Source of the DNA: a virus
Strand: one strand, 5' to 3'
IMG/VR virus record: IMGVR_UViG_3300028581_000024
Location: 28,063-92,062 of that record
DNA: 64,000 bases
The notes below the pieces were generated by a model. It was not told where the DNA came from, ran no database searches, and saw only the letters and a list, made by a program, of their open reading frames with translations. Below are positions 39,513 to 48,735 of the stretch, in pieces; the first letter of the stretch is position 1; each line of letters opens with the position of its first letter. Made by a program: the position numbers and the translations under genes.

Positions 39513-40120
39513 AAATTTTTAATATATAAGGCGTCGCCCCATCCAAATTCAGTAATATTAGTTTCGACTCGTGAAAAATTTAACTTTGCTAGAAAATTAT
39601 CTAATTCGTCCATGAGTACACAACCTTCATATAGTTCCATTATATTAACTTCAGTATTTAAAGCTAGTACGTTATTTAATGTTTTCCTACCGCCTTTTAA
39701 TACTCTTAGCTCATACCCCTGTACATCCATATGAATATAGTTGTATTCTGGGCCAAAATTATATGAGTCTAATGTTTTGACAGGGAAGTTATAAATCATA
39801 TCATCTCGAAACACAATTGAAGGGTGCTTCTCAAGATGCAGTTTAGGTTTAAGGAAAGAGCTCGCCTGACCACCACCTGCTGTATGCATAGGGAGTATTT
39901 CTTCTGCATCACCTAGGCCAACATTAAAAGTCTGTACGTGGTAGGAGCTATCAATATCTTTCAAAGATTCTAATAGCTTTTCATATGCTGATGGTCGCGG
40001 CTCAAAAAACGCTAACTGTTTAATTCCATTTTCTTTATAAAAAGGTATCTCCTGACCTTCATCTGCACCAATAGTTATAGCGCCGGTCAAATTTAAGTTA
40101 TATTTTTTAATAAAGTTCAT
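39509..40120 (-). CDS. FkbM-family SAM methyltransferase
   Basis: IGADEG, FEP, TLD, MDVQGYELRVLKG, WGDALY. Confidence 0.88.
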   Translation of the reverse strand: MNFIKKYNLNLTGAITIGADEGQEIPFYKENGIKQLAFFEPRPSAYEKLLESLKDIDSSYHVQTFNVGLGDAEEILPMHTAGGGQASSFLKPKLHLEKHPSIVFRDDMIYNFPVKTLDSYNFGPEYNYIHMDVQGYELRVLKGGRKTLNNVLALNTEVNIMELYEGCVLMDELDNFLAKLNFSRVETNITEFGWGDALYIKNL

Positions 40121-41601
40121 ACTGGTTTTTCGGCTACTTTTTTAATTTGGTATGGTATTTGTTCCTGTTCGTAAAGAGATTGTCGTTTAAGCTGGTGACG
40201 CTTACCATATGTAAATTGATCTGCTATATCAATAATATATAGCTTCTCTTTAGATGTGTGCAGTCTCAACCCTCTTCCAATACTTTGAATAGTGCGCACC
40301 TTTGCCTTGCCGCCGCCTGCAAACACAATAAAGTGTAGATTTTTAATATTTACCCCTGTACTAAAAATTTTACTAATAGCAACACAGACTACATCATTGC
40401 TTTTCTCCATTAAATCTCGCACTTGCTCTCTATCCTTTACTTCAACTTCTCCTCGAATAAAGAAAACTTTCTTTCGATTACAAGTAGATGTTAATACTTG
40501 CTGTAGCTCTTCACCGTGGCGAATAAAATCTACAAGTATTAGTACGTTGTTAGGAGCATTATTACAAAGAGCAGCAATTGTGTTATTGCGAAAAGTATTA
40601 GTAAACAGAAATTCTAACTCAGCTTTATATCGTTCTGCAGGATTAGAAAGCTCCGTTATTGCTGGAGGCTTCGAATTGTAATTCATTTCTAAGATATTTG
40701 CATTAACGTTAGAAATATACTTCTCATTACGTAGCTGATAACTGTTCTTCTCGTAGATAATAGGTCCTATCTTACCGATTATATTCCATTGATCGAGCTT
40801 TTCCTCAGGCATAGTACCAGTAAACCCAAATCGGATATTTGTTTTCATTTTCTTAATAATCTTATTAACCTGATTACCACGACGAGCTTTATGAATTTCA
40901 TCAAACACTAACATATCAATATCCTCAATCCAGTCCAAATTAGATTTTTCTGACTGTAAGATTCCTAAATTAGCTATAATAACGTTTGCGGCACACCCCT
41001 TGTCGCCCTCGAGGGGATTGCTTCCTGTCCACTTACGAGTTGAAAATGGTACATTATAAGATGTAAAGTCAGAAAACGTTTGCTCAACTAATCCCAAATC
41101 CGGTACTATTAACAAACACTTAAAATTATTCTTCATATAAAAGAAATTTGATAAAAGAGATGCCATAATTAATGTCTTTCCGCCTGCGGTTGCCAGTACA
41201 ACTACCCCTCTCCCCGTATCAAGACATCTGGTTACAACTGCTTTTTGATAATCTCTTAATTCTAGAGAAAGATTATTGTATGGTTGATTGGTGTAATGAA
41301 CACCCTTTTGATATGTGGTTGGACCAGGTATAATGGCTTCAAGAAACTCTTTTGAAGCTCGAATTTGATCTTGTTTGCAGTAATCATTTTGAAGTAAGAA
41401 CCTGGTAATTTCAAAAAACAAGCATGGGTCTAATCGACCTGCAGGGGTAATAGCATAAGTGCGAGATGGTATAAACCGCCCTCTCATTCTAGCAAATCTA
41501 GCACCTTCATTCTTTACAGAGAAATGTTCCCGCACATCATTTAAATGATCCCCTGTGAGGACCCCTGTGGTTTTGTTTTTATCTAAATCAAAATATACCA
41601 C
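40117..41601 (-). CDS. uvsW: SF2 helicase UvsW
   Basis: LRDYQ, ATAGGKT, DEIH, FTGT, FSTGVNI, QSIGRGLR. Confidence 0.93.
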   Translation of the reverse strand: MVYFDLDKNKTTGVLTGDHLNDVREHFSVKNEGARFARMRGRFIPSRTYAITPAGRLDPCLFFEITRFLLQNDYCKQDQIRASKEFLEAIIPGPTTYQKGVHYTNQPYNNLSLELRDYQKAVVTRCLDTGRGVVVLATAGGKTLIMASLLSNFFYMKNNFKCLLIVPDLGLVEQTFSDFTSYNVPFSTRKWTGSNPLEGDKGCAANVIIANLGILQSEKSNLDWIEDIDMLVFDEIHKARRGNQVNKIIKKMKTNIRFGFTGTMPEEKLDQWNIIGKIGPIIYEKNSYQLRNEKYISNVNANILEMNYNSKPPAITELSNPAERYKAELEFLFTNTFRNNTIAALCNNAPNNVLILVDFIRHGEELQQVLTSTCNRKKVFFIRGEVEVKDREQVRDLMEKSNDVVCVAISKIFSTGVNIKNLHFIVFAGGGKAKVRTIQSIGRGLRLHTSKEKLYIIDIADQFTYGKRHQLKRQSLYEQEQIPYQIKKVAEKPV

Positions 41602-41996
41602 TATGCGGTCTCCATCTTAATTAATTCGATTAAATTTTTAATATCAAACCCAATACTGTGCATTGTCTTTTCTACCCGCTCCAAGAACTCTATAACAGCT
41701 TGACGCTCTCTAACTTCATTACTAATTGCCATTACCTGGCCATGTCTTTCAGCTGCATTTTGAAGTGTTGGTAAAGCTAGCTTCACCGCCGATTCTTTGC
41801 GCAATTCATCCACAACTTCATTTGCTGTTTTTTCCTTCTTTCTTAATAATTCATTTAAAGCAGCCTTTTCAAGCATAAGACGCGATACCCACTTTGCTTT
41901 CTTTGCTGGTAACATAAGTGCGGCTTCCTTTAAGTTAAGTTCATCCAGCTTAACATCTTCCTCTAACTCTAATATATATTTCTGTAGCAGACTCAT
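41601..41996 (-). CDS. uvsY: recombination mediator UvsY-like
   Basis: 131-aa helical protein upstream of uvsW ending GFDIKNLIELIKME. Confidence 0.7.
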   Translation of the reverse strand: MSLLQKYILELEEDVKLDELNLKEAALMLPAKKAKWVSRLMLEKAALNELLRKKEKTANEVVDELRKESAVKLALPTLQNAAERHGQVMAISNEVRERQAVIEFLERVEKTMHSIGFDIKNLIELIKMETA

Positions 41997-42002
41997 AAAT
42001 AC

Positions 42003-42030
42003 ATTATAGATTCATACATACAAAAATCAA
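42003..42030 (-). promoter_or_regulatory. sigma70-like promoter of uvsY-uvsW operon
   Basis: TTGATT-N16-TATAAT, 6 nt to ATG. Confidence 0.75.
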
Positions 42031-42034
42031 TACC

Positions 42035-42265
42035 ATGAAAACGTTTAAAGAATATGTTATGCAAGAGGATAATACTGCCGGTGCAGGCGGGGTCTTCGGC
42101 GACGCACCTAGCATGGGACATGGCGGAGCAGTAGGAAATTCTGATTTTTATGCACCAGATGATATGCGAACACCCAAATTCTTAGGAGCAACGTTAGTCG
42201 GCAAAAAAGGCAAAAAACGGCGTGTGCCTCTTGTACAACGAAGAAGCTTGTTTAAATACTTCTAA
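42035..42265 (+). CDS. small internal-head-like protein
   Basis: starts MKTFKEYVMQE (T4 IP-type); CATAAATA at 41994-42001. Confidence 0.55.
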   Translation: MKTFKEYVMQEDNTAGAGGVFGDAPSMGHGGAVGNSDFYAPDDMRTPKFLGATLVGKKGKKRRVPLVQRRSLFKYF

Positions 42266-42678
42266 TGAATTTTGGCCACTGGGAATTAGCTCCAGGTGTT
42301 ACACCTCAAGAAGGAGCATTTGGGTTCATATATGAAATCTGTAATACAGTAACTAATAAAAAATATATTGGCAAAAAACAATGCATTTCAAAACTTAAAA
42401 GAAAACCTCTCAAGGGACGCAAAAATAAAAGAATAGAGTTAAGAGAATCTGATTGGAAGGTGTATACAGGCTCTTCAAATGAATTAAATGCAGATATAGA
42501 GAAATATGGAAAAGATAAATTCCGTTTTACTATATTACACTTTTGCGGATCTAAATGGGAATTAGGCTATAGAGAAATTAAAGAACAAATACATCGCGAT
42601 GTAATTCTTAGTCAAGAATATTATAATGGCATTCTTAATGTCCGAATTGGTACCCCGCCAAAAGATTTTAAAATTTAA
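42265..42678 (+). CDS. stand-alone GIY-YIG domain protein
   Basis: GFIYEICNTVTNKKYIGKK, YTGSS, E...I, YYN. Confidence 0.75.
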   Translation: MNFGHWELAPGVTPQEGAFGFIYEICNTVTNKKYIGKKQCISKLKRKPLKGRKNKRIELRESDWKVYTGSSNELNADIEKYGKDKFRFTILHFCGSKWELGYREIKEQIHRDVILSQEYYNGILNVRIGTPPKDFKI

Positions 42679-42712
42679 TTGACTGCTATATAAGTTCATC
42701 TATAATATGGGC

Positions 42713-43252
42713 GTGGGTTATATTAAAGACATAAAATCTCTTGATTACAAATTAATTGATATTCAGCGAGCGTTTACTGAGGAAATTGAGCCACACGTAA
42801 CAGAGGATGTATTTAAATATAATCTAGAAAAAAATAACCGATTGCTGAGAAGGTTTATAGTCTATAGGGTTGTAAGTTTTATTTTAGATACATTAGGTAA
42901 TAATGTTAGTTGTGGTAAGAAACTCTTGCTGTTCCTTCCTAAGGAACTACAAGCAGAGCATATAGGTGACAATCGGCTGTTTGTAATTAATTTATTCCGT
43001 AAACTGTCTGCAATTTTATCGCTAAGTATATATGCAGATGATATGGGGTTTATTGAATTTGCAGACCTATTAACAGCAGCAACTGGAGAAGGACGAGAGA
43101 CTAGAGCTAGAGTTAATTTTGTATATGCACGTCATCTCAAGCGACCTGATCTTGTAAAATTAGATAAGTTTTTATTAAAAAACGGAATTCAAAAAATTCA
43201 AGGTGAATTGAATAGTAATTTCAAGGTAAAATTAGGGTTGTTCTTAACATAA
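42713..43252 (+). CDS. hypothetical protein
   Basis: ORF 42707-43252; GTG 42713 lies 6 nt below TTGACT-16-TATAAT. Confidence 0.5.
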   Translation: MGYIKDIKSLDYKLIDIQRAFTEEIEPHVTEDVFKYNLEKNNRLLRRFIVYRVVSFILDTLGNNVSCGKKLLLFLPKELQAEHIGDNRLFVINLFRKLSAILSLSIYADDMGFIEFADLLTAATGEGRETRARVNFVYARHLKRPDLVKLDKFLLKNGIQKIQGELNSNFKVKLGLFLT

Positions 43253-43262
43253 ATATCTTATA

Positions 43263-43625
43263 ATGAAGTTTTTATTACAAATTATTGAAAAGTACAAGAA
43301 ATTAGAAATTGATCCGCCACAATGGGTTATGGAGTATGTATCAAGTATACCTGGCGTGACCCCCTCTACATCTTCAACTCCATCTACCCCTTCAACTTCA
43401 TCTGCTAGTCAAGCACCCAATCTTGGAAAAGTTATTGATGATACTCTCAAGGTACAACAAGACCCTGAACTTGCTAAGAAAAAGCTAGAACTAGATACAA
43501 TTTACAAGCAAGTTGCTGATGCGCTGAAGAAGAAAGCTGAAGAAGCTACTGGCAAATTAAGACAAGCATCAACACAGATTCCTGCTACTACACCAACTGC
43601 TACTACACCAACAACAGTTCCATGA
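43263..43625 (+). CDS. hypothetical late protein, Ser/Thr/Pro-rich
   Basis: CATAAATA 43248-43255; TPSTSSTPSTPST and TTPTATTP repeats. Confidence 0.5.
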   Translation: MKFLLQIIEKYKKLEIDPPQWVMEYVSSIPGVTPSTSSTPSTPSTSSASQAPNLGKVIDDTLKVQQDPELAKKKLELDTIYKQVADALKKKAEEATGKLRQASTQIPATTPTATTPTTVP

Positions 43626-43975
43626 GATTTAACGATCTAATTGCAGCAAAATTCGGTAATTTGCTCGAGCAAACACCTGTACAGCCTGAAATTAATGTAC
43701 CTGCGGCTGAAGCGCCTGTTGCTGCTCCACAAGCAGTCCCCGAGCCTCAAGTAGAGCCGCAGCAACAAAAACCTCTAACTCCTGAGGGTGAAGTCTTTTT
43801 AATTAATCTACTTAGGAAGGCACTATTCATGAACCCTGATGATATAGAGCTTAAGGTCCTAAAGGATTTACCCGATACTGATGAAAAAAATGCATCTGAT
43901 GTGCTTAACAAAATTATTAAGTTGATGCAGATGGATGCTGTTAATTTAGATGTAAATACACAGACCAATACATAA
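43622..43975 (+). CDS. hypothetical late/virion protein
   Basis: ATGA-coupled; starts MRFNDLIAAKFGNLLE. Confidence 0.5.
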   Translation: MRFNDLIAAKFGNLLEQTPVQPEINVPAAEAPVAAPQAVPEPQVEPQQQKPLTPEGEVFLINLLRKALFMNPDDIELKVLKDLPDTDEKNASDVLNKIIKLMQMDAVNLDVNTQTNT

Positions 43976-43979
43976 TAAT

Positions 43980-44510
43980 ATGAATAGGGACAATCATTTA
44001 ATATTTGAAGCATTTATTAACAAACAAAGTGCCACAGGTGTGGACAAACCAGTAGATGCAAGAGATAATAATTCAGAAGATGCAGAACAACCAGTGGACG
44101 GTATTACCAAGCGCAGAGGTGAATTGGCTGGTAACATCATGGACATTGTGAGATACGGTATTCCAAGCAAAGAAGAGTTTATCAAGATCAGACAAGAACT
44201 GCATGACAAAACAAAAGAAATTTCAGACAGAGGCACCCCTGCAACAGAAGAAGAGAGACACCGGGGCAGGCAGTTGATAGGCATGATAAGATCCTACAGA
44301 GCCCAGCACCCCAATGATCCTGGTCCTTATGCAGAGAATGCAGAGAGTTCAGATGAAAGAAAAGAACGAGTGCAAAGGGGATGGGATATAAACAAAAAGA
44401 GATGGGCCAAATGGAAAATGCAGAATCCAGAAGCTGCTGCCAGGCATGCTGCAAAGAAAGCTGCTGGTAAAGAGGAGAATGCAGAAGAAGATAAACATAA
44501 AACGCTATAA
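43980..44510 (+). CDS. hypothetical internal-head-like protein with E(D/N)AE repeats
   Basis: starts MNRDNHLIFEAF; SEDAE, AENAE, EENAE. Confidence 0.5.
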   Translation: MNRDNHLIFEAFINKQSATGVDKPVDARDNNSEDAEQPVDGITKRRGELAGNIMDIVRYGIPSKEEFIKIRQELHDKTKEISDRGTPATEEERHRGRQLIGMIRSYRAQHPNDPGPYAENAESSDERKERVQRGWDINKKRWAKWKMQNPEAAARHAAKKAAGKEENAEEDKHKTL

Positions 44511-44516
44511 AGCTTT

Positions 44517-44524
44517 AATAAATA
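44517..44524 (+). promoter_or_regulatory. late promoter of nuclease-NTase-ligase-like operon
   Basis: AATAAATA 4 nt above GTG 44529. Confidence 0.65.
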
Positions 44525-44528
44525 ATCT

Positions 44529-45773
44529 GTGTCGTATAAGAGTTTAAAAGAAGTATACTCCGAGAATGTTGTGGGTAAACCGGTCCCGCCATTACCTAGA
44601 CAAAGCGTACGCTTGTTTATAAAAGAAGAAGATGAGGCTATAAAAGTCTATAAACAGGAAGCAGATGATCCCGCTACGCTGGAAGGTGAAGTAGATAAAG
44701 AATATTATGATGATGTTATTTCTCCAGCAATAACAAGGGGTGGTAATTATCAATTAGCAAAAATAGTAAAAGAAAGACTAATGAATACTGGTTGTTACAC
44801 CAATAGAAACTACAATTTATTAGTAGACTTCTTACAAACACTTAATATTACATTAACAGAAGAAATCTTCAAAGAGTGTGAAAGACTTTTTTTAAGTAGA
44901 TTAAACCAACCATTTATTTCATTTATAACCGTATTAGCTGAAGCCTTAAATGCTAACGGTCAGAATATCACAGCACAAAGTATTGCTAGCTATCCCGAGA
45001 TTACTGAATTATATGATTTACTAGCAACAGATAAGGCGCCCAGAAAGGATCAGAGTAAAAATGCAGGTCCCGGGGAAGTTTTTATAGCTTTTTTTGCTAA
45101 TGGAAAAAAACTTTCCTCTAGAGATGAAGCTTCATCTAGCGAGGAAACCTCAAAGGGCGATATAATGATAGGCGGGGTTAAGTTAGAGCTTAAAGCCTTG
45201 GACGGTAGATTAGGAATAAAGGAGAGTGGAGTGTATTATAAGAGGCCGAAAGAATATTTTGTAACTGCTCCTGATACACTATTGAACAAGATAAAGTACT
45301 TAGCATTTGGAGATTACAAATATGCAGAAGATGCGTTTAAGCCTTTTGAGTCAGAAGTCAATAGCATTATAGGTGACAGGACTAGTTTGTCGTTTGAGGA
45401 AGGTAGAAATATAGCCGGTGCAATAATTTTAAAAATATATTGTAATAAAAATAGACTAAACTGGTTTCTTGTTGTAGATAAAAGAACATCCTATTTAAAT
45501 TGTGTTCCTGCACAAATAACAGATAATGAATCAATTTCAGAAATTTTAAATAAGATGAAAAATAGATTTTATGTATTGCCTGCTAATGGTGGTGCAAAGG
45601 TATTAATAGGTAAGAGCAAGTCATCTGATGGAATAGCAAAAGCCGCCAAACCAAAACAAGGAAAAATACCAGGAACGCCTGCTTCTTCTACAGTAGTGCC
45701 TGCCCCTATCCCTGCTGTAGCACAAGTTTCACAACCTCAACCTGTACAAGGGACGCCTGATGCTACCGTTTAA
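44529..45773 (+). CDS. putative PD-(D/E)XK nuclease-fold virion protein
   Basis: GPGE...KGDIMIGGVKLELKA (E..D..ExK); AATAAATA 44517-44524. Confidence 0.5.
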   Translation: MSYKSLKEVYSENVVGKPVPPLPRQSVRLFIKEEDEAIKVYKQEADDPATLEGEVDKEYYDDVISPAITRGGNYQLAKIVKERLMNTGCYTNRNYNLLVDFLQTLNITLTEEIFKECERLFLSRLNQPFISFITVLAEALNANGQNITAQSIASYPEITELYDLLATDKAPRKDQSKNAGPGEVFIAFFANGKKLSSRDEASSSEETSKGDIMIGGVKLELKALDGRLGIKESGVYYKRPKEYFVTAPDTLLNKIKYLAFGDYKYAEDAFKPFESEVNSIIGDRTSLSFEEGRNIAGAIILKIYCNKNRLNWFLVVDKRTSYLNCVPAQITDNESISEILNKMKNRFYVLPANGGAKVLIGKSKSSDGIAKAAKPKQGKIPGTPASSTVVPAPIPAVAQVSQPQPVQGTPDATV

Positions 45774-46386
45774 ACAATTCTTAATTGAAGTAACTGGTAC
45801 ATCAATAGGTTTTTTCCCAGGAGCTTTTAAGCCACCACACAAAGGGCATTTTGATACTGCTAAACAAGCGGCTACTGATAACGACATAGCAGTTGTGTTG
45901 ATTTCAGGTTCAGATCGAGATGGTATTACAACAGCAGATTCATATGAGATTTGGAATATGTACAAAGAATATCTTCCAAAAAATGTTTATATACATACTA
46001 TTACTGGGTCTCCTGTGACTGCAATCTATCAGATTGTTGATATATTGAATAATGGTCAATTCTCACCAACGCCAAAAGTCACTAACCCATTGCCTGATGC
46101 TGATAAAATTGCAAAAATGTTACAAGGGTCACCTGCACCCTACACTATAAACCTATATGCAAGTCAAGAGGACTTAGTACGCTTTAATGCCTTTACCGGT
46201 CCTAATAAACAAATTTATGTAGGTAAAAATGTTTCCAAGATCGGTCACGGTAATATTTCTAGACTAGCTTCAGCTACACAGGCAAGAGAGGCCCTAAAAA
46301 ATAAGGAAGAAGCAAAATTCTTTACTTTCTTACCAGATATTGCAATTCAAGGTAAGCAAGAAATTTATAGAAAGCTAGTAAAATGA
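45760..46386 (+). CDS. HxGH (cytidylyltransferase/NMNAT-superfamily) nucleotidyltransferase
   Basis: GFFPGAFKPPHKGH, SATQAR; N-terminus MLPFKQFLIE. Confidence 0.8.
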   Translation: MLPFKQFLIEVTGTSIGFFPGAFKPPHKGHFDTAKQAATDNDIAVVLISGSDRDGITTADSYEIWNMYKEYLPKNVYIHTITGSPVTAIYQIVDILNNGQFSPTPKVTNPLPDADKIAKMLQGSPAPYTINLYASQEDLVRFNAFTGPNKQIYVGKNVSKIGHGNISRLASATQAREALKNKEEAKFFTFLPDIAIQGKQEIYRKLVK

Positions 46387-47738
46387 TTAGGTTTAAGACT
46401 TACATATTATCCGAAAACGAAATTCTTCTCGAAAAAGATACTTACTTTTCGCCACATCTTTCACACTTAGAAGATTTAGCTATAGAAGGTGGGAAAAATG
46501 GATTTAATAGTTTTCTTATACAAGCTACTAACATAATAAACAAATTAAAAGGATTTGAATCCGAGCAAGAGATTAACGCAAAAATTGATGGTGCCCCGTC
46601 AATTTTGTTTGGTGCCGATCCTCGTCCAGAAGCTAATAAACAATTTTTTGTAGCTTTAAAGTATGTAATAGATGAAAGTACTGATACACTTAAAGAAAAT
46701 GCCAAGCTGTTGCATAGTGAGCAAGAAATAGATCAAAACTTTAGTGGTAAGCAAGAGCTTGCAACTAAGCTGAAGAGCTTGCTTTTAAATCTTAAACCAG
46801 CTTATGATAATAGTGGTAAGATCTATCAAGCTGACGTTCTCTTTACATCGTCTGCAGATAAAAGCAGAGTTAGAATAGAGAATGAAGAATATATTGCGTT
46901 TAAACCAAATACAATTATGTATACTGTACCTATTGACGATAAATCGCCGTTGTTTGCTAGTATTAATAGCAGCAATGTTGGTATTATAGTTCATGACTCG
47001 TTCACGGGGGTTATCAGTGACAATGGTAAGAGTATTAAATTAAAACCAGCTGGAAAGAACATATCGTCACTAATTAGTAGCAGCCAGGGTACTAAAGCTT
47101 TTATAAGAGGTAGTAACTACGGTGAGGTGGCTTTTGATATGTCAGACAAGATGGTGCATGATATAGAAAAAACAATTGCTGCAGCCACCAAGCATGTTAA
47201 TAGCATTGATAATAAGTTTGATCAAGAATATGTTTCGTCTGCAAAAGGATCGATGGGCGGACAGATATTACCGCTGTTAAAAATTTATTTAAATAAACAG
47301 GTAGATTTAGAAGATAGTGGAATTTTTGGCGCCGCGAAGACGGGTGCCAAGTTTGATACAGCGCAGTTCTATGAGGGGTTTAAGGCATTCGTTAATGAGC
47401 GTATTAGTAAAGGTATTGAAGAATTAGGCGAGAAAGGCAGAGCAGCAAGAGAACAAAAAATTTCTAGTATAATGGACTTTCTTGATATGCATCGTAAGAG
47501 TTTTGAAAGTTTAATACACGCTACATACGAAATGGTTCGTGTAAAGTTTTTTATACTGCAAATACTTTCCCAGCTGGACACCAGATTAACATCCAATGCC
47601 TTCTATCAGCTACCTGATGGTTCTTATGCAAAAGCTAAAGATGAAGGGTATGTTTTATTTGTTGGTAATAATCAGGTTAAGATAGTAGATCGGGTAGACT
47701 TTACTAGAATGAACCGCCTAATGGGTGGCAGATTTTAA
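46383..47738 (+). CDS. ATP-dependent ligase/capping-fold (KxDG) protein of unknown substrate
   Basis: HLSHLED, KIDGAP (motif I), YQADVLF, DEGYV (IV), KIVDR (V). Confidence 0.6.
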   Translation: MIRFKTYILSENEILLEKDTYFSPHLSHLEDLAIEGGKNGFNSFLIQATNIINKLKGFESEQEINAKIDGAPSILFGADPRPEANKQFFVALKYVIDESTDTLKENAKLLHSEQEIDQNFSGKQELATKLKSLLLNLKPAYDNSGKIYQADVLFTSSADKSRVRIENEEYIAFKPNTIMYTVPIDDKSPLFASINSSNVGIIVHDSFTGVISDNGKSIKLKPAGKNISSLISSSQGTKAFIRGSNYGEVAFDMSDKMVHDIEKTIAAATKHVNSIDNKFDQEYVSSAKGSMGGQILPLLKIYLNKQVDLEDSGIFGAAKTGAKFDTAQFYEGFKAFVNERISKGIEELGEKGRAAREQKISSIMDFLDMHRKSFESLIHATYEMVRVKFFILQILSQLDTRLTSNAFYQLPDGSYAKAKDEGYVLFVGNNQVKIVDRVDFTRMNRLMGGRF

Positions 47739-47739
47739 T

Positions 47740-48288
47740 TTATTTTTCTTTATTTTCTTCGATTGTCTTGATAGCTTCAAGATTAAAAATTGTTTGACGC
47801 AATACTGTCTCAAGAACTTCTTTATTCTCGCCGTGTAGCATATCTCTGATTCTTGAAACAATCTTAAATTCATGTGCGTCGTTATCGGGTGCAAATTCAC
47901 CTTGTTTCTTAAACTTATTATATTCTAAGTAATTTCTTACACCTTCAATATAACTTGCTGCTACTGTAATTTTACTAAAAACCCAGGGTTCGAGATCCTC
48001 ACCATCTTTAATTAAATTGTATAATTGCTTTGAGGCGTTATGCATCTTATAAAGCTCGTTCTTTGCCATATCTGCATCTGTCTCTCCTGTGCCTGCGGTA
48101 GGTGTTTTTTCATCCCAGCCGTCTTCGCAGTCCTCACAAGCTTTATTGTCACTTATCTTTAAGACTGTTGGTGTATTGTTCGATGGAGCCATTGCTGTAG
48201 ATTCTGGCCCAGGTCCAAGGTTTAATTCATTTACAACAACTTCGTTATAAGCTTCAGAAATTTTAATAAGCTCGTTTTTCTTACTCAT
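47740..48288 (-). CDS. hypothetical late/virion protein
   Basis: TATAAATA 48295-48302; MAKNELYK...LEPWVFSKITVAASYI helical module. Confidence 0.55.
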   Translation of the reverse strand: MSKKNELIKISEAYNEVVVNELNLGPGPESTAMAPSNNTPTVLKISDNKACEDCEDGWDEKTPTAGTGETDADMAKNELYKMHNASKQLYNLIKDGEDLEPWVFSKITVAASYIEGVRNYLEYNKFKKQGEFAPDNDAHEFKIVSRIRDMLHGENKEVLETVLRQTIFNLEAIKTIEENKEK

Positions 48289-48318
48289 TTTATATATTTA
48301 TACTACTAAATACTTAAT

Positions 48319-48735
48319 ATGCGTAGTTTTAAAGAATTTTTTTATGAACAAATACTGGGATCGACAGAAGGTATTACTATTCAACATGTTGGAAATGTAC
48401 GAGCTACTGTAGACACAGGCAATAGCGGGTATAACGTTCTACATGCAATAGTATTAAAAGATGCCAAGCCTGGTCATGTAAAGTTTAAAACTATTGGTGA
48501 TAAAGTATTAGAACTTCCCATCAAGGATAGCATCACAGTTTCAGGTAATAATAATGTTAACGATAGAGTTGTTGTTGAACTAGACTGCAGTATTGGTAAA
48601 GAGCAATTCAATAAAACTCCCTTCAGTCTTGCTGATAGAAGTAACCAAGATAATCCTGTTTTACTTTGTAAGGATTTTATTAAGCAAAATGGTGGCGTTG
48701 TTAACGTCAATATTAACAATAACCTTACCTCTTAA
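48319..48735 (+). CDS. retropepsin-like (RimK-associated type) protease
   Basis: ATVDTGN, LHA, R.VV, FSLADRS...PVLL; N-terminus MRSFKEFFYE. Confidence 0.75.
   Translation: MRSFKEFFYEQILGSTEGITIQHVGNVRATVDTGNSGYNVLHAIVLKDAKPGHVKFKTIGDKVLELPIKDSITVSGNNNVNDRVVVELDCSIGKEQFNKTPFSLADRSNQDNPVLLCKDFIKQNGGVVNVNINNNLTS

Noticed and set aside
13591-41601. Inteins or introns in terminase, helicase, polymerase, UvsX, UvsW
   Set aside because: Lengths are normal, motifs are contiguous, and no C...HN intein ends or LAGLIDADG inserts were seen.
42265-42678. GIY-YIG ORF as a mobile homing endonuclease or intron
   Set aside because: Only 137 aa with no DNA-binding extension and it interrupts no gene; kept as a stand-alone domain protein.
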